The position numbers and the translations under genes are program-made. A stretch of 61,392 nucleotides of DNA, filler included, from Choristocarpus tenellus KU-1152 (taxonomy: Eukaryota > Protista > Phaeophyceae): the NCBI GenBank assembly GCA_964200185.2. It is 10 parts of 10 records of this genome, joined end to end, with 100 filler letters (N's around TTAATTAATTAA, not from the genome) between each part and the next. Parts side by side here need not be neighbours in the genome. Positions count along the whole stretch, not along the records: positions 7,112 to 17,080 come from CAXNAD020003234.1; positions 17,181 to 20,791 come from CAXNAD020018964.1; positions 20,892 to 27,426 come from CAXNAD020007915.1; 7 more parts are not named here. One strand, written 5' to 3'. How positions within the stretch are numbered: the first letter of the stretch is position 1; each line of letters opens with the position of its first letter. This document shows positions 13,201 through 24,958 of this stretch, piece by piece. The notes beneath the pieces were generated by a model. The model saw only the letters and a program-made list of their open reading frames with translations. It was not told the origin of the DNA and made no database searches.

Positions 13201-16200
13201 ACAGCCTCACTAAAAGCATGTAATACAATACCAATTTCCGACAGGACACCATCCTGTAAAGGGCTGCAGCTCGGCGAGAAGTCAAGTATATGTGTCTCAT
13301 ACAGAGCATGCAGCAATGCCAAACAATACCCAACAATACTTGAGCAACAGTGTGACTTGTGACATCAAAATTCTCCTGGCTGAAAGTGTTTGGATGGTTG
13401 ACTCAGATGTGGGCGGTACCTGCTGTCATTGGATTCAATCAATATGTCTCACGACTTGGAGAAACAGAGGGTTGTACACTACCTCGTAGCACCGTATTAG
13501 AATAATGTTGAGATGTTCAAATATGTTTATAAAACAAATTCGTGGGTTGGGTCAGATAGATCAAAATCATGTAGCATATACCTCCCTTCAGAGGCCTAGC
13601 GCATACCCTGTTCCAGTGTAAGTTCCAGGTAAGAAAAACAATGCTGCATGAAACATGTACCCCTATACACACAGCTTACAGCAACATGTTAGGGGTGACT
13701 GTAGAGCACATTCCAATCAAGGCAAACCCATAACATTCCACAGTGTTGCCCTTTGCACACATATGCTATGCATATCACCCACCAATAAAATAAAGCGCAT
13801 CAAGGACAAATTCCCGTCAAAACAACTTTTTTCAACTCTTCTTGTGTACTCAGGACTAGTTTTCAACACAATTGCTTTCGTCACTGATACAAAAAAGCAA
13901 CCTGTGTCTCACACACAACAAGGTGCAAGAAAGTTATGGGTAACCCCATTTCTCACTGCTCTGCTCCCTCCAGTCATTGAGACAATTCCTCACGAGGTCA
14001 AGTATTGCTGACAAGTCCAAAAATATCAGGAAAAAGAGTCATCACAAATTCAACAGAAAAAATACGTATAGAGTGAGAGCAAAGTTTTGTTGCATGCGTT
14101 GCATCACCTTTGCTTTGCCTCTGGAACAAAGTTGATGACAAAATCCTCCTCGTCCTTGAGCAAGTGCCTGTCCTTTAACATACGGCTAACAGCAATAATG
14201 GCACCTGGATGACCACCTGCATTGGCAAAGGTGCGAGTGAATCACCGGAATAAAGATAAAATAAATAAAGACATTTGAGAGTAACATGACTACCAACAAC
14301 CTGTCCAAGAGTGCTTCATGCAAGCAGTGTTGGCGTAACAATGAAGAATGAACAAAGCACAATCTTGCATAGTCTCAAGTGCATCACATCAACAGTGAAA
14401 GGCAGGCACTATATAATAAATTTAAAGTAGAGGTTCAAGCTTCAGGAATTCAGTTGCGTATGTCCCTTAATCTACATGGACACATCCACTAACTGGCCAA
14501 CCCCTCTTGCAATGACAATCACCTAGTGCCACGATGACCACACTATGGGAAAAAAGTTGGACACTGTCATTGTGCAGCAACCTGGGGATTTGGGCAGCCA
14601 TCCCCCCCCTCAACTCTTCCTCTGTAACCTGACATTTAAATCAACAATTGTGACCAAGAATCAACACAGGCGGAAAGAGCAAAAACAGCACCAGACGTGA
14701 GCAAACAAGACTCCTCAAAGGGGTAACGATAATCACTCTAGATGTGCCAATACTAGATTGTAGCAAGTGGCAGTTCTTACTGGCTTGATTTCTTAGTCCT
14801 TCGATGTCACTTACTGAAGTGCTCTTTGAGACCAAGAAAGGAAAACAAAAGAAGAACACTCTCTCATCCAGCATTCAAATAGAAATGGCTCAAGGATTAT
14901 TCATTTTCAGCAATGCTTCAATTGCACCTACCGTGGTCTACAGTGGAGACAATGACTCTGCTTTCAATTTGATAGTCTCATTACAAACCAACTGCCACAA
15001 GACTGTTGGTTATGGTAGATGCGGTCTGCCTTGTTGCCGTCCACCTTTCCAATCCTTTTCACTTTCAACTTCAACACAAGTTGCAATAGGAGCAAACGAA
15101 AGCACTGAGCAAGCAAACAACTGCACTAGACCCCTTTATCAAAGGGTAGGGGATGCACACAAACAAAAACAATTGTACTATTGATGATGGGATATTACGT
15201 AACACCAAACCAAAAGACAGATTGGTTCCGGAACAGACCTCGCTTCCCTTAACTTGATAGCATGATCATAAATATTCTACTCCAATTATTCATGCTTATT
15301 TTCCCTCTTACACAAGTAGATCTGTACTGCTACTATGTACTTTGAACTATCACCAAATGTGAATACTCCTTTTCTTATCATTCATACAATATGTGGAGTA
15401 AGGAGAGCAATTTGACAGTGATGCCAATGCCAAAAACAGCCTGTAGTAGTGTACTTGTAGTAGTGTACTGTACCTCTCGTGAAGCCGTTGAAACGAACAA
15501 CTTTGCAGCAGAGAGGTTATCTAGCTCGCTCACCATCACCACTTTTTCGCCTGCAATGCCCACCTGAACACATATGACAAAGGGAAACCCCATTCGATTT
15601 CAAAAACATATGCAACACATTCCACGGCACCATTACAGTGGGTACTTGACAATCAGTCGAGGCCTGGATCTTAAATCCACACAACTCATGACCGCACTCC
15701 GAATGTTATTTATTAAATATTCAATAGCTCCATGGCACACAACATAGAACCAAAGGCACAAGGCACAGAGGTTGGCCTGTATCACATCAGTGAGGATCAC
15801 ATCACCAATGAATGCTAACCTGTGTGACCATTGTCAAGATGATATGAAGCCTTGACACTCTTTGACGAACCTCTTCGACAAACGATGACAGCTTCACTGA
15901 ATTCCTATTGCCAGAAAAGAAGAGACAGGTTCAGGATGGAAAACATATTCCTTGTGTTGTCTGAAATTCAGCAAAAATAATTTTCATGAACAGAGATGGC
16001 ATCAAACCTGCCCAAGGCCCGAAACCTTCTTGGTCTACTACATCTGATAAGTTATTTCAAAAGCTGTAGAAAGAGAAAGTATCATGACTTCAAAATTTGA
16101 TCGTTGTTTTGCACATGGATTGAAAATTTTTCCACATGTAGAACCAACATTCAGACTTCTTGATGACTAGTAGCTACATGCACGGGTTTGTTTCCATAAT

Positions 16201-16392
16201 TGGCAAAAAAAGGGTGATAACACAGAACACAGTTGGCATCTCACACCTTACGCTACTTTTGGGCAACAGCTTATACCTGGAGTCCCTTATCAACCATGGC
16301 GAACAACCATCTAGCACTACTAGGGAGGGCTCGGTAGTCCCTGCAAACCTTGCATTTATGCACTCCAGGAGACGATCTTGGGTTGTTATTTT
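10208..16392 (-). CDS. STAND/NB-ARC-type NTPase fused to STAT-type linker + SH2 domain (multi-exon, 5'-truncated)
   Basis: Nine GT-AG, phase-consistent exons: 16392-16277 (KITTQDRLLECINARFAGTTEPSLVVLDGCSPWLIRDS, Walker B), 15904-15820 (KLSSFVEEVRQRVSRLHIILTMVTQ, RNBS-B/sensor-1 region), 15563-15474 (VGIAGEKVVMVSELDNLSAAKLFVSTASRE, RNBS-C), 14628-14523, 14216-14108 (GGHPGAIIAVSRMLKD, GxP), 12484-12280, 11928-11770 (FVTEFWPWYKSMMSL, STAT-linker-like FWxW), 11634-11455 (LYWD...LTRDESQVLL...PGTFLLRAS, SH2 core), 10372-10208 (VQHVLV...LKELYPNTPKRDVFGKAA*, like the STAT LYPxIPKxxAFG end). About 404 aa recovered. Extra small exons within 12485-14107 cannot be excluded. Confidence 0.85.
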
Positions 16393-16977
16393 CTGCTTTG
16401 TGAAACATGCACACAGAACAATGCATCCAGAAACACAGAAAATCAGTTTTCCAACCCATTGTCAAAGAGCCATTCTGCTAGTTAGAGGTACGGATGAAGC
16501 TTGCACACCCCTGAATAACAAGGACATTAAAAGACTCTATCAATGCTATCCTATTGACACAACGAAAAGATGGAGGTGTAAGGGAGATACTATGTGTTGT
16601 GATTTGTGGACACCAACCACCAGCTTGATTCACTTCAATTAAAAAACTATCAGAATTGGAATCAAAGAACCTCAATGAAATGGTTCCTTTTCCATATTTT
16701 ATTTTGAGTAGGTTCTATTCATCTCACATTTTTTATTTATAAAATCATAATTATGACTGTGCCTGAGTACTCTCAGCACATTTGGGGTGAGTAACCTAGA
16801 TCATGATATCACGGCAGTCCATCTGCCTATGTGCCCACCTACATAGGTAGAATGATGGCAAAGAAGACAAATGGGAGGAAAGAAATGAAGGTGGAGACCC
16901 CCTAGAGCAGGCAGAAGGGGTTGACAAGAGCCTCACTTGCAATGTACAACTGGAGTTCAACTGGTACTGGTGGGGTT

Positions 16978-17080
16978 TGAAACACATGGTCTACTAACGC
17001 ATAGCATGAAACACATGGTCTACTAACGCATAGCATGAAACACATGGTCTACTAACGCATAGCATGAAACACATGGTCTA
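16978..17080. repeat. 29-bp perfect tandem repeat (~3.5 copies) at contig end
   Basis: Unit AACACATGGTCTACTAACGCATAGCATGA, head-to-tail, no spacers. Confidence 0.95.
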
Positions 17081-17267
17081 NNNNNNNNNNNNNNNNNNNN
17101 NNNNNNNNNNNNNNNNNNNNNNNNTTAATTAATTAANNNNNNNNNNNNNNNNNNNNNNNNNNNNNNNNNNNNNNNNNNNNCTGTGTAAGGCGGAGCTATA
17201 CAGGTAAATGTGGAGAGGTTTAAACCTTCCGGACAATCAGCGCAAAGCACAATAAATGTCACCAGTC

Positions 17268-17890
17268 TTACCCTGCTTGTCTATTTGGGGCTTGGCTTCC
17301 TGATGACATTTTTACATATTTCAAAAATGTTCCGGAGTGGGTCAAAAATATGTGTACGTCAATGAATATGTGTGTGTCCGGAACAAGCATGTGTTGACAT
17401 CTCCCAACAAAAGATCATAGCAAAGGATGATATATGTATCTATCAAAATTGCATAGTTAGAATTTGGTCTCTCCAAAAATGGACGTGGATGTACCCTTCT
17501 GTGTGATATTTCTACCCCTTCTTCTCTACTTTACTAACAGACTGTATCTCTTCTTTCTGTTGCAAATACGTGGGGAGAGGTCCTATCCTTGTGTCTTCGA
17601 ACTGGAGAGAGAGTACTGGGCATTCACCTCGGGTGTTTTTGGAGTATCTGTGCCTCTCCTTCCTCTATACCCATGTATAGGCTGGATTTTGTTCTGAATG
17701 GGAATACCTTAGAGGGTGCGATTTTTGATCTGTTTGTGAACATGAGGCTTGCCTCTCCGCAGGTTTTTCGGTTATATAAAAATATTTTTTTCCCTTACAT
17801 TTTAAGGTTGGGGAGGAGGTTATAAAGTGTTTATACCTTACGAAGAGGTGTACGTGGAAGTATGATATTGACATCTCCTCAACAAACATG
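17268..17890 (+). mobile_element. Two older, degenerate MITE family B copies (17268-17500, 17703-17890)
   Basis: Share ggggcttggcttcc, ttgacatctcc(t)aacaaa, aaaatggacg and ttagagggtgcga blocks with family B. Confidence 0.6.
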
Positions 17891-20744
17891 ATTGCCAAGA
17901 AAATTGCTCGAAATAGCGCCAGACGTCGTTGGATGTTGGCAACGAAATGGACGCAGCTCTCTCCCCCCTCTGAGAAGATACTTTCACGTGCGCTCAAAGA
18001 CGTTCCGAGGAGACAACAAACACTGAACGAAGAAAACACTGTTGAGTCCCAGAAAGCGCTCAAAACCATGGAAGGAGATACGATGAAACAAAAGCAGGAT
18101 GGTATATGATCCGTAGCGGGTAGCCACACGAACATCTTGAAGTGCCAAGGTGAAATGCTGGGTCATACCTCCGAGTTTGAAGGGACAATGTGGGACACCT
18201 CCACGTTCCAGCAACCTCCAAAAAAAAACTCCACACACAGCATATATAGCTTCTGTATCACAAGTCGACAGAAAAAGGGTGATGCATGCACAGGGCTCCC
18301 TGATGCACGCAGGTCCCAAAGTATGGTGGATCCAAACTATTGGATTTATTTTCACCCCCCCTTTAACATTTTTTGAATGTAAATCAAGACGGGAGCTGAC
18401 AAGCAACGTATTGCCTGGGGGCAAGCTATACGAGAAAAAAGTTATAAATGAACTGGAAGAAAGTGTATTGAATATATCAAACACCTGGGACTCGAAGGGT
18501 GGTCTGTGGTCTTTACGAGAGGAACCCGAACCTTGAAGGCAGGAACCTCTTGGCGCAACCTTTCTTAAAAAAGTGCAGCACACACATTTCCGCATGTTAC
18601 GTGTTTGTAAGAAGTATCTTGTTTCTTCCCAATGCGTTGCTACTCCCCTCTCGGGGGTAATGTGTAGTAGGGATGTTCTGTTCTTTTTGAATCTTTACCA
18701 CTTTCCCCCTCTTGAACTGTCACATTTGTGGTTAGTTTCTACAGAGATGTATATACATCTCTGGATTACAAAGGAGAGGACATAATGTTCACCCCAGCTC
18801 ACAATCAACAATGAATGGCGCGAGAGAGCTTAGTAGATTTTAGGTACGTGTGTGTTAAATTCATAAAGGAAGAACACAATATATATCCACGCCCATCCTT
18901 CTGTGAGTCAAAACCGCCTGACAATTTCCCACTAGCATAGGTTTGGGCGAAACACAAATTCTTTTTTTACGACAAAAATATATGTCATCAATATAGACGA
19001 TCTAACAACCGTAGTAGTTGTACATGTGTATAAATGTTTTCAACATTTGTGTCTTGAATTGTGACATGTTCTCAAGATGTGAGTTTTGAATTGTGAGGGT
19101 TCGCAACTATGAGGACATTTAAAAATGTCAATCTTGTTATGGCAACATAAAAAATATGCAAGTACCATTCGGATTTCCATTTCTTCCAGGACTGAAACAT
19201 CTCCAAAAGGTAGGAGTGGTGGTAAAAAAGACACCATACACTCTCCTCTTTGTGAATACGACTAAAGGAAAATCCATTACTTTGTGGAATCTATCCTCTT
19301 TCTTCCACTTCATATTCGGTATAAACACGACTGTCTACATGTGCATGTCCAATCTTCTGCAAATAATGTAAATATAGAACGTTACCATTTCCTTTCGATT
19401 ACACTTCCTACACACATACACACATTCTCCGCTCTTAATAAACTTCACATTGTTGTACAAAGATCCTTAAAGATTAGACGTCATTGTAAACCTCAAAAAT
19501 TGAAGACCGTGTCCACATCACTCGTAACTGAAGTGTCCCACGTACTCCAATTATTCTCAGATTATGTTATTTTGTGTTATCATGATCGGAAAATATATAT
19601 GTGGTGATACTCGTTGCGTTGATGTGTGGGACGGACAGGAAGTCTGAGGCTGTGCTAGGTTGTCTCTACAAATCTCTGTATCCCGGAGACTTCGTGACGC
19701 CACGCTCGTGTCTCTTCCAGGAATACATTGTTTTGCTGCACCTGGAGGAGGCTCCGACCGCTTCCTTTCGTTTGAGGGCAGAAGTATTGCTAACAGATTA
19801 GGAGGATGGCGCTATCAAAGGGCACGTAAAGGTGAATACTTTGTAACATGGTTTTGTACGCCTTTCCGCTTGATCCGCCGTCTGTACTACGACACCTAAT
19901 CGAACTCTAGAGAGTTGGGGATATTGCGTCCCTCCTCTGGATCATTCAACCTTCTGCGTCACCCCCGGTGAAGAAACGAGGTACACCAGCCCCTTTCGTA
20001 CATATTTCCACGGGGTGCAATAATGAGCATAATAGCAAACTCCCTGCGGCCTTGCATTTCCCTACATCTAAACAATCGTCGTTGTAGCATTTGTTCTCCC
20101 CCCAAACCTATCCTCCACCTACAATCGTCGGGTTGCAATTAATTCCACCATGTCTGTCGAAACACAGGAGCTTCTTCGTAGCCACGGGCGTTGGCTCTGT
20201 TAAATAAAACAACGGAGCTCTTTGACCCCCCCAACCCCTAAATCTAACATAACCCACCTCAGGGTCTCTGGGTGCCACCGGTTTTGAAGCCCTGGCTTTC
20301 CGATACCGTGTACTTAGTAATGATCCCTTTTTCGTGGCATGCTTTTCCCACCCACTCGCTGCCTGCCCCAACCGCCAAGCGGTCTGTAAACATTTTTGTT
20401 TCCAACCCGGACAACGTTCCTGTCCCAAACGAATCGAACCAAATTCGAAATATAAGCAGGTGCCCTTGCACCACACCACGTTCGTACCATTGTGCTCCGA
20501 GGTATACCAGGAGTAGGTAGGTAGCTGTATTTTTGCAGTATCGCTCGAGATACGCACTCTTTCACATTCCGCATGATGAAGAGGAAGGTAGATTTTGTTT
20601 TTTGCCCTCCAGTTTGTAATTACCCATCCTCCTTCATACCCTTTGCAAAACGAGAAATTAACTTGACCGGTTTGTGCGCTCTGGAGTGCGCAGTTTATTG
20701 TTTTGTCTGTGTAGTTACGATAACGGACACATCTTCTACCCTCT

Positions 20745-20775
<31 letters not shown>

Positions 20776-20909
20776 CTCTCTTTGTTCAGACNNNNNNNNN
20801 NNNNNNNNNNNNNNNNNNNNNNNNNNNNNNNNNNNTTAATTAATTAANNNNNNNNNNNNNNNNNNNNNNNNNNNNNNNNNNNNNNNNNNNNCCTATCCAT
20901 GAAGCTTAT

Positions 20910-21107
20910 GATTGATTTCCCAGCTCACCACAATTAAGCAGTCGCTTCGACGATTGATTTCCCAGCTTGCCACGATTAATCAGTCGCTTCGACAATTGAT
21001 TTCCCAGCTCACCACGATTAATTAGTCGCTTCGGCGATTGATTTCCCAGCTCACCACGATTAATTAGTTGCTTTGACGATTGATTCCCAACTAACCCTAA
21101 TCCTAAC
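20910..21107. repeat. 42-bp minisatellite (~4.3 copies) followed by a telomere-like CCCTAA tract
   Basis: Units start at 20910, 20952, 20994, 21036 and 21078 (GATTGATTTCCCAGCTCACCACGATTAATYAGTCGCTTCGAC), then ctaaccctaatcctaac. Confidence 0.9.
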
Positions 21108-21109
21108 TA

Positions 21110-23375
21110 CTACAAAATCGATATTGTACCATATAGATTCTGTGCCGCTTTTTCAGGGCATACCCATGGGTGAACAAAATCTGGGTAGGTACTGTGTGGT
21201 AGACCTGGGACCCATAGAACATCTTTCAGAACCACTCTTGCTGGTTTGCCATCCTTGTCCGTCATCGTTAGAACCATATCCCCGGTTTCCTTCGCTTCCA
21301 ATTTCCCATTGTTTCCGAAGGTGATGTGCGTTTGGTAGGCTGATTGCCTACGAGGTCTTCACGATCAGGTGTAAGATGTACGTTTGCTCCAGAGTCACAC
21401 AATATCTCGACTTGTCTTCCCCTGGAGGAGTTGAACACTGTACTTTTGTTAACCTCCTCGTCTGCTGTCACCTTGAAACTGGAGAAGGAGCACGCTTGGT
21501 TTCCGTCGACTTTGTTGCTGCTCCCACGAGTTGGAGGTGGTGGAAATGTTCCGGGTGCCATCCCAGGCGGACGTATTGCCAGTGGCTTTCCATTTAAGTA
21601 TTGGTAGCAAATCTGCCATCGATGGTTTATCCTTAAGCAATATCCACATTGTTTTGGTTTGAGGCCGCTTCCAGCTGATCCCCTGGTCTTCCGAGCATGA
21701 CCGTTCTTCACATTGTTACGCACTGCTAATACCCCAAGATGACCTTCTTAACCCGAGTGAAGGTAAGTTGTCGAAGAGATGCTGCCCGTTTGAGCTCCTC
21801 ATAGCTGATGTCCGGACGCGTTATTAATTGCGTGAATACATGTGGCGTCGCTTCCTTGATCCCAAGCAGTATAGTGTGGAAACCTGAATCGAATGCGTAG
21901 ACTACTAGCGATGAGGAATCATGGTGTTGTGAAGCACGGATGAGTGATGTGCGTGGTCCATGATATGTATAATAGGTGTGATTGTGCTGCAAAGCACCGA
22001 TGTATTTATTATGTTGTAACTGAGGTCATTGATCTCTCAGTCAAGAATGATGCGATGTGAATTTAGTATTCTTTCATGTGATACTCAACGAAAGAAGTCC
22101 ATGTTCTGTGGAGAGGCTTGTTACTTTGGCTGGCAATGGTTTCCGCGGACGGTTTTAACTCTGATTGTATTACATCCATGTGGGTGTTTTAGGAACAGTT
22201 TGCAGAGTGCGTTGATGCAATTTGAAAGATCAATGGCAGTCATGAAAGAAATAATAATCAGCGATCAATGTACAACTGCCATCTTCTCCTGATAAAGAGA
22301 AAGAGTGAAAGAAAATACAAACAACAGAACAACAGAACAAAATCGAAACAATATGTGATGCAACTGATGTGACGTACACTATACTATACTATTTGTGTGG
22401 AACGCAGAGCGACTGTTCTGCAGTAATGCGTTCTGATTGTAGTTGATGTGGTGACAACGAACTAGTGAACGTAACGTCCAGAACGTAACTGACCAATCAG
22501 CAGTCAGTGTTGACTGGTGAACTGTATCGTATCAAGGAATAAACAGATGAGTAGCCAATATTTTTACATATAGATGCCCTCTTCATGTTTTCGGATTTGG
22601 GCTCCTTGAGCTCCTCGAATTCCGAAAATAGTCGTTGAGTTTAAAGACAAAATCGGTGCTGTCCTGAGACGCTGCGCACCGTAATTCACGGAGTTTTGCC
22701 TCCAACATGATGATTTGTACGGGGATTTCGTCCTCCGCGCGTCCACCGTAGACTCGTTCTAGTTCCAACCAAGCTCCTCGGCCGTCTGGTCGACCTCCAT
22801 TTTCGTATTTGGCCACAATAATGGATGCTGATCCTGTCGTTGTTTGTAGAAGGAGGAACCATAATGCCTTGTTATTCTCTGAGTATGTGGCATGTGCCGT
22901 ACGCACTGCCTCTCACAAGATGGTGGAGGATGTTTCGGGGATCTCGTAGTCCCTCGTCGTAATATCGTATAAACCCTTTCCACCAGCGTAGGCGATCAAT
23001 GACAGTCTCCAAGTTGACCAGGTCTCCAATGACCTACCTTCCTGTCGCCTCCGTCAAAACGGCAAGTTTCTTCAGGTCAGTCTCCATACTATCTAGGCTC
23101 ATAACCTGTGCAAATTATCTTGGGAGGTAATGCTATTCGTCAGTAGCGAAGATAAGAAGATATGAAGCCTCACACGACCCCTTTCGCTGAACTTGAAAAG
23201 AATGGATGGTTGAAATTAGAAGAGTGACCTTTGTGGGGTGTCTTCTCATTGCTTGTATACTATTGTTTGTGCTTCCTACAGAAGTCAACAATTAAATCAA
23301 AGTAGAAGTCAAATAAAAAAACCTATACATATTCCATTCATAATTCTGATGTATTTCCTCATTAGTTACATCACA
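21110..23375 (-). mobile_element. Decayed Ty1/Copia LTR retrotransposon (putative 5' LTR, PBS, gag, protease)
   Basis: LTR-end CA followed by PBS GGTTATGAGCC (23106-23096). gag N-terminus ALWFLLLQTTTGSASIIV...DGRGAWLELERVYGG. Zinc knuckle CGYCLRINHRWQIC (CX2CX4HX4C). Protease ILCDSGANVHLTPD and LKDVLWVPGL. Frameshifted. The outer LTR boundary is approximate. Confidence 0.85.
21966..22567. mobile_element. Putative solo LTR nested in the Copia gag
   Basis: A ~600-bp AT-rich non-coding block bounded by TG...CA interrupts gag-like coding between 22583 and ~21900. Flanks are only imperfectly duplicated. Confidence 0.4.
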
Positions 23376-23722
23376 TGGACTCAATCAAAGTGACTACCTC
23401 TCATACAAGAAATAACGTACACCTCACCATTGTCCTATTTTGCACAAGCCTTATATGCGCATGTTGGAGTGACCCTAGTTTTCAAACTGTACTGTTGAAC
23501 TCCGTAATGCATCTATTACACAAGGTGCGACAGTTGGGGCGTGCGGTTTATAATGAGGTCATATAGGTCATCCTCTAAACGGGAGTTGCCGATTGAATGA
23601 TAACCATTCCTCACGATAACTATGAGACACCGTCTGTATTGGTGTTGTGTGTCCTGTTTGAGGTTAACTGAACTGAAAGTAAATATCCTTGGCTCCCTTT
23701 TCTGCCTCAACATTAACAGTCG

Positions 23723-24699
23723 TTGCTAGGGAGATATTTGCTACTACTACTGCTGCAATGCGTCGGATGCGCCTTCGAACTTTCATCCCCTGGACAAGAA
23801 CTGGACCACGCATCTTCGACAGAGGATTTCCACCGCGTCACACAGTCTGTCGATGTAAAAACTAATGCATCGGCAGAGGTGTACACGTTTTCCAAACCTA
23901 CATGAAAAAATTTACGATGGGTCCTTCAGGTTGCCAAAGTTCCATGACAGGATTCTACAAGTGGAGGGCTGATGCTGGTTGGGGAAGCAATATCAACAGT
24001 AAGTGACACTTCCAGATTCTACGTTGTTTATCGCTCTCCGATGTCGGGTTTTGGTAGTGTGGCAAATGAGAATGGGATGTTGACAAAGATGTGGGCAATG
24101 AATAAAATGAATAAAATGAATAGAAAATATTCACCAAGGCAACTCACACTCGTATACCTGAGCCAGGAGCAATGATTCTATTGAGTCTTGGACCCCCTGG
24201 TCTGATTTCGTCTACCCGCCCCCAGAGCACCATTTCCCGATGTGGTACAAAGCTCATCAATTTCACAGGCGTTACCTTTCCTCGACCTTCACCTTCTCTA
24301 TCGTACTAGTACTGATACTTACGGATCTCTCTTTTCAACATTTCAACGTCGAAACACAACCCTTTCGCTGTCACATACGATATGTAGGCCGAGGACCATC
24401 TGTAACCTTAAGCGCAATTTCCCCCTTCTCACTCCTATGTCTATCAACCAGGATTGACTGCTGGCTGGGTGAATGGTGCTGTTTGCCATGGGTTGGAGAA
24501 CATGGCGATAATAGAGTCGAAGCGGATGACGGCAATGAACTGCAAGCACAAGATAATGTCTGGGGAGTGGGCCACTAACGTAACAAATCTAGTTGAGAAC
24601 AAAGCAGCTTCCAGTTCTGGTACGGAAGGTTTCGGACTGAAATGTATCATCAAGTCAGGACCACACATGTGTATCTTCCCCACAGTCGATGTGAGCTAG
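23723..24699 (+). pseudogene. Possible decayed DJ-1/PfpI (Hsp31/glyoxalase III-like) sequence
   Basis: GWVNGAVCHG (nucleophile elbow AVCHG), KRMTA, and GEWATNVTNLVENKAASS resembling WxxxVVxDGNLVTGQNPASS with deletions. Upstream GCAFELSSPG resembles GxEVxLASPxG. Very degraded. Confidence 0.35.
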
Positions 24700-24780
24700 A
24701 AGATCAGTTGATATATAGTAACTCCTCGCGAAAGGATGATCTTCTTCATGTATTCCCTCAGTTCCTTGTCTCTGTTATGA

Positions 24781-24958
24781 GGCTTAAAGTATCTGGGGGG
24801 GTGGCGGCTGTCCATTCAGGGCACATTTTTCCATGCAGCTATTTTTGGGTTAATTTGGTTGCATGAGTCGGCTGGATAATATAAGTGCTCTTCTCCTGGT
24901 CAGAGCCCGAATGGACACCCTGGTGTAGCCCCCCCTCTCCCTTCAGATACTTTGAGCT
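24781..24958. mobile_element. MITE family A, full copy (PIF/Harbinger-like non-autonomous)
   Basis: TIRs GGCTTAAAGTATCTG / CAGATACTTTGAGCT followed internally by G-rich and C-rich tracts. 3-bp TSD TGA on both sides. Confidence 0.8.

Noticed and set aside
16978-17080. CRISPR array (29-bp repeats)
   Set aside because: Units are head-to-tail with no unique spacers, the context is a eukaryotic intron, and there are no cas genes.
17888-20560. Protein-coding genes from overlapping ORFs on contig 3
   Set aside because: Overlapping ORFs on both strands without recognisable motifs or consistent exon phases.
20910-21090. CRISPR array (42-bp period)
   Set aside because: The whole unit repeats with only point differences and no variable spacers.
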